From a virus (taxonomy: Duplodnaviria > Caudoviricetes), in the IMG/VR virus record IMGVR_UViG_3300025132_000038, positions 1-60,119 of that record: a stretch of 60,119 bases of DNA, one strand, 5' to 3'. The notes beneath the pieces are model-generated. The model was not told where the DNA came from. It searched no databases and saw only the letters and a program-made list of their open reading frames with translations. The translations under genes were made by a program, and so were the position numbers. Below are positions 57,399 through 60,119 of the stretch, in pieces (position 1 is the stretch's first letter; each line of letters begins with the position of its first letter).

Positions 57399-57659
57399 TT
57401 ATATGTCACTATACTTTAATCTGTCATTCCACATTTTGTTAGTTTTTTTAGCAAATTTTGATTGCATACTATCTTTCTTTTTGTCTGTAGGCTTTGTAAC
57501 CGTTCTTTTACCTCTAAACTTAGTTACTGTTTTTTTAAGCGTACCATCTTTGTTAAATTTCTGCTTAATCTTCACATTGTTTCGCGAGTTACTTCTTTTT
57601 ACTTTTGTTTTAATTTTCCTTCCTTTTCTTTTTATAAATGTTGCTTCTCCTTTTGCCAT
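57399..57659 (-). CDS. Highly basic K/R-rich protein
   Basis: 86 aa; K.K.K beta-like repeats. Confidence 0.65.
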   Translation of the reverse strand: MAKGEATFIKRKGRKIKTKVKRSNSRNNVKIKQKFNKDGTLKKTVTKFRGKRTVTKPTDKKKDSMQSKFAKKTNKMWNDRLKYSDI

Positions 57660-57678
57660 TGTTTTATAGTTTTATAGT

Positions 57679-58068
57679 TTATATTTCAAATATCCAATAT
57701 TCGCAGTTTTTATTACCTGCACCAGCATGATATAAAAATATATCTTGTTGTCCTGCCCATGGTAACCATCCAAATTCTCCTGTTAATAATTGAAGAAATC
57801 TTGTTCCCGCTGTTCCCGCACTACCTGCATATATAGTAGTATCTGATGTGTTATTAATATATATGTATGAAGGCTTAGGCGTTGTGCTGTCAAATATTTT
57901 ATTGTCTGTATGTAGTATTGTAACCTCAGCTACACCACTTTTAACATCCGTTCCTACAGTTGTTGCTAATGATTTGTTTAAAGATAAACCAATGCTTATA
58001 GGGCCTGTCGGAGTTGGGCCACCTGAAGGGTTAGATACAAGTTCTATTCTAGGAGTTATTGTAGCCAT
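57679..58068 (-). CDS. Putative small beta-sandwich virion protein
   Basis: YIYINN...L..GEF.WLPW...EYWIF. Confidence 0.65.
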   Translation of the reverse strand: MATITPRIELVSNPSGGPTPTGPISIGLSLNKSLATTVGTDVKSGVAEVTILHTDNKIFDSTTPKPSYIYINNTSDTTIYAGSAGTAGTRFLQLLTGEFGWLPWAGQQDIFLYHAGAGNKNCEYWIFEI

Positions 58069-58082
58069 ATCTTATTATTGTT

Positions 58083-58475
58083 TTATTTTATACTTCTTTT
58101 ATAACCTCTATTAGAACGTCTTAATCTCGACTTGTGAGCTCTATTTGCTTGTCTAGTAGCTTTATTTGCTTGTCTTGTTCTTTGATTAGTCGCTCTTTTT
58201 CTTTGTCTCGCAGCTTTATTAGACTCTCTAGTAGCTTTATTAGCAGCTCTTTTATCTTGTCTTGCGTACTTCTTAATATCTCTATCCATTATACGCAACA
58301 TTTTTCTGTCACTAATATCTCCTTTCTTTCTTGTTTTATTAGAAGCTGCTTTTCTTTCACTTCTAGCTGTAAGTTTTTCTACTCTTTTCTTAACCCTTGC
58401 CACCTTTCTAGGAGACTTAGCTGTGGTAAGCTTTTTAGTATTTCTCTTTATTCTTTTTTCTAATCTAGCTGCCAT
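58083..58475 (-). CDS. Protamine-like highly basic protein
   Basis: About 39% K+R by hand count; ANKATR repeats. Confidence 0.7.
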   Translation of the reverse strand: MAARLEKRIKRNTKKLTTAKSPRKVARVKKRVEKLTARSERKAASNKTRKKGDISDRKMLRIMDRDIKKYARQDKRAANKATRESNKAARQRKRATNQRTRQANKATRQANRAHKSRLRRSNRGYKRSIK

Positions 58476-58481
58476 ATCTTT

Positions 58482-58685
58482 TTATTTAAACATTTTTTTT
58501 AATGAAGCCATCATTGCCTCTTTCATTTCTTTTTGTTGTTCCGCTAACTCAATTCCGGCAGCAATATCTCTTACTGTATGTGAGCTTTTCATAGCTCGTC
58601 TAGCTTTAGCTGCGGTAACAAGACCCATTTCAGAGTCAGGCCTGTCATTTACTAATCGGCCATTTTTTATTCTTAATCCATCCAT
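58482..58685 (-). CDS. Hypothetical protein, first gene of the late strand (likely start 58685, MDGL)
   Basis: TATCTTTG at 58708-58715 lies inside the longer ORF call, favouring the downstream ATG. Confidence 0.65.
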   Translation of the reverse strand: MDGLRIKNGRLVNDRPDSEMGLVTAAKARRAMKSSHTVRDIAAGIELAEQQKEMKEAMMASLKKMFK

Positions 58686-58872
58686 GGTGTTATATATAAG
58701 GTTTAAGCAAAGATACAAAATTTTATTAGACATATGTAGTATTTAGGTCCCCCCCCATCCCACGTTTGGCCTACCCATATAGAAACTGATATTTTTTTAC
58801 AGAGGGGGGTCTGTTTTTTTTTTCGCTAGTCCCAATTTTTTTGAGATTTTCGAGAGCCTTTGTACCTCCGTT

Positions 58873-58969
58873 AATGTCTCCTTAAAGAGACACCGGCCAC
58901 GTTCCACCCTCTCCCCTCCCCCCTTTCCTCTCCTCTCCTCTCTCCCTTCCTCTCCTCCTCCCTTCCTTT
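58873..58969. repeat. TTAAAGAGACAC palindrome (58873-58893) followed by a 63-nt pure pyrimidine tract (58907-58969)
   Basis: Read directly; lies in the divergent intergenic region. Confidence 0.85.
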
Positions 58970-59061
58970 ATATAATAAAGCTTTAACACTTAAAGAGGGG
59001 GAAGGCCACCACTCCACGCGTTCAAATTTTAGTAAATAAATCATAGGGAATACGATTAATT

Positions 59062-59074
59062 TAATTAGTTGATT
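59062..59074 (-). promoter_or_regulatory. IHF-consensus site
   Basis: Minus strand AATCAA-CTAA-TTA. Confidence 0.35.
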
Positions 59075-59219
59075 AACAGATATAAACAATTCAGAGTTTA
59101 TAAAATGTCAAAATTTGTTTTTTATTTAGTGCAATTCCCTTGTTTTATACAAGAATTAAACGTATATTAAACTATTATTAATCAGAGGGGGAGTATAACC
59201 CCTCATAAATTTAAAAAAT

Positions 59220-59834
59220 ATGAGAAATTTATTAGAGCTAGAGACTTCAATTCTAGAAACAAACGAAACGTTAAGAAATGGCCTTAAGGTCAACGAAATT
59301 AACGAATTTCAAAACTTAATTTTTGAGAGTGGAGTTAGTAAATTCCAGTCCTCAGTTAAGATGTCAAAAATAGTCAGCAAATCTATGGAATATTTCAAGT
59401 CGCAAGAATGTCAAGAGATGTTCTCTGAGGAGGGTATTTCTTGGACAAAAGAGGAGTTTTTTATGAAACTTTACGGATGGAGAAGGGCCTACGGATACAA
59501 AATGCTAAAATTGGCCACCATTCATAGTGCCAAAATTAGAAGTTTCGTTGTTAAAATGCAGGCCCTCAGAGATAGTGGAGAAGATACTAAAGAGTCAAGT
59601 ATTTCAGTAGAAAATTGTTTAAAGTTTGTGCGAAGTGGTGGAGAAGATACCAATAACGAATCGACCACACCAAACCCGACCACCTTACAGATGACTTGTT
59701 TAATTGAGGGGGTCAAGAAAAAAGTAGTTGTTAAATTGAACGGACAAATTAAGTGCAACTTAACAGATTCAGAAATAGAGTTACAAATTGAAGTACTAAA
59801 GCAAATCATTTTAAATAATCAGGCTACGGCTTAA
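59220..59834 (+). CDS. First early gene; hypothetical, possible HTH
   Basis: 204 aa; FF..LYGW.R.Y.YKM..LA helix-turn-helix-like segment. Confidence 0.75.
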   Translation: MRNLLELETSILETNETLRNGLKVNEINEFQNLIFESGVSKFQSSVKMSKIVSKSMEYFKSQECQEMFSEEGISWTKEEFFMKLYGWRRAYGYKMLKLATIHSAKIRSFVVKMQALRDSGEDTKESSISVENCLKFVRSGGEDTNNESTTPNPTTLQMTCLIEGVKKKVVVKLNGQIKCNLTDSEIELQIEVLKQIILNNQATA

Positions 59835-59859
59835 TAATAATCAATAAAAATTAAAAATT

Positions 59860-60119
59860 ATGAATAATTCAACAGGTATAACATACCAAACAACAGGTTT
59901 AAGGAACAGAGGAATATTAATGAATTACCACCGAAGTCCTTTACCAAATTTTATAAATAAAACACCTTTCAGTGTTGATTTAAGGGGTTTAAAGCCAACA
60001 GAAAAAAGGAGGTTAATAAGTTTCGATAATTCAGACAATACTTATTTTTCGCGTTATTGCGTAGGCTTTGAAATTGAAAAAACCTACTTCACAAACAGAG
60101 AGACTCACACCGGAGATAG
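59860..60119 (+). CDS. Putative amidoligase, 5' part (continues at position 1)
   Basis: ATG 59860 with AAAAATTATG context; no stop before the end; ends ...VGFEIEKTYFTNRETHTGD in frame with 1-783. Confidence 0.75.
   Translation, partial: MNNSTGITYQTTGLRNRGILMNYHRSPLPNFINKTPFSVDLRGLKPTEKRRLISFDNSDNTYFSRYCVGFEIEKTYFTNRETHTGD
60106..60119. repeat. Terminal overlap, right copy
   Basis: Identical to 1-14. Confidence 0.9.

Noticed and set aside
14781-58733. Stop-codon reassignment (TAG/TGA recoding known in some crAss-like phages)
   Set aside because: Genes are long, intact and tightly packed under the standard code
15205-58746. Numerous + strand ORFs antisense to late genes (e.g. 15205, 18058, 52397, 53760, 56656, 58134)
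   Set aside because: Shadow frames of real minus-strand genes; their F/L-rich composition mirrors the K-rich sense codons
58871-59089. 72-aa minus-strand ORF
   Set aside because: Largely a translation of the polypurine tract in a regulatory region
1-60119. tRNA, integrase, reverse transcriptase/DGR, intron or intein
   Set aside because: No cloverleaf, recombinase, RT or splicing motifs recognised by eye; tRNAscan and HMM searches would be needed for certainty

Overview
The window looks like a complete, circularly permuted ~60.1 kb dsDNA phage genome. Its last 14 nt repeat its first 14 nt, and one ORF reads in frame across the join. The host is probably a Bacteroidota (flavobacteria-like) bacterium: many TAnnTTTG promoter elements, A-rich translation starts without Shine-Dalgarno sequences, and a BT4734/VirE-type primase. 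The + strand (59220 through the junction to 14780) carries early and replication genes: amidoligase, GATase-II/GGCT fusion, many small ORFs, Sak3-like SSAP, exonuclease, primase-helicase, SNF2-like helicase, VRR-NUC and metallophosphoesterase. The - strand (58685 to 14781) carries GroEL/GroES, a cluster of very K/R-rich small proteins, an envelope/lysis cassette, terminase, portal, scaffold, capsid, podovirus/crAss-like tail proteins, ejection proteins and a 2868-aa polyvalent protein. I recognised no DNA polymerase, integrase, tRNA or CRISPR array. The most notable observations are a type III hammerhead ribozyme (4399-4460), a protamine/H1-like basic protein cluster around the chaperonin genes, an OMP + LDL-A/T9SS-like + Cys-less thioredoxin cassette beside the lysis genes, two near-identical iteron/IHF origin-like modules, and a family of GACAC-containing palindromes. 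All functional calls come from motif recognition by eye, not database searches.
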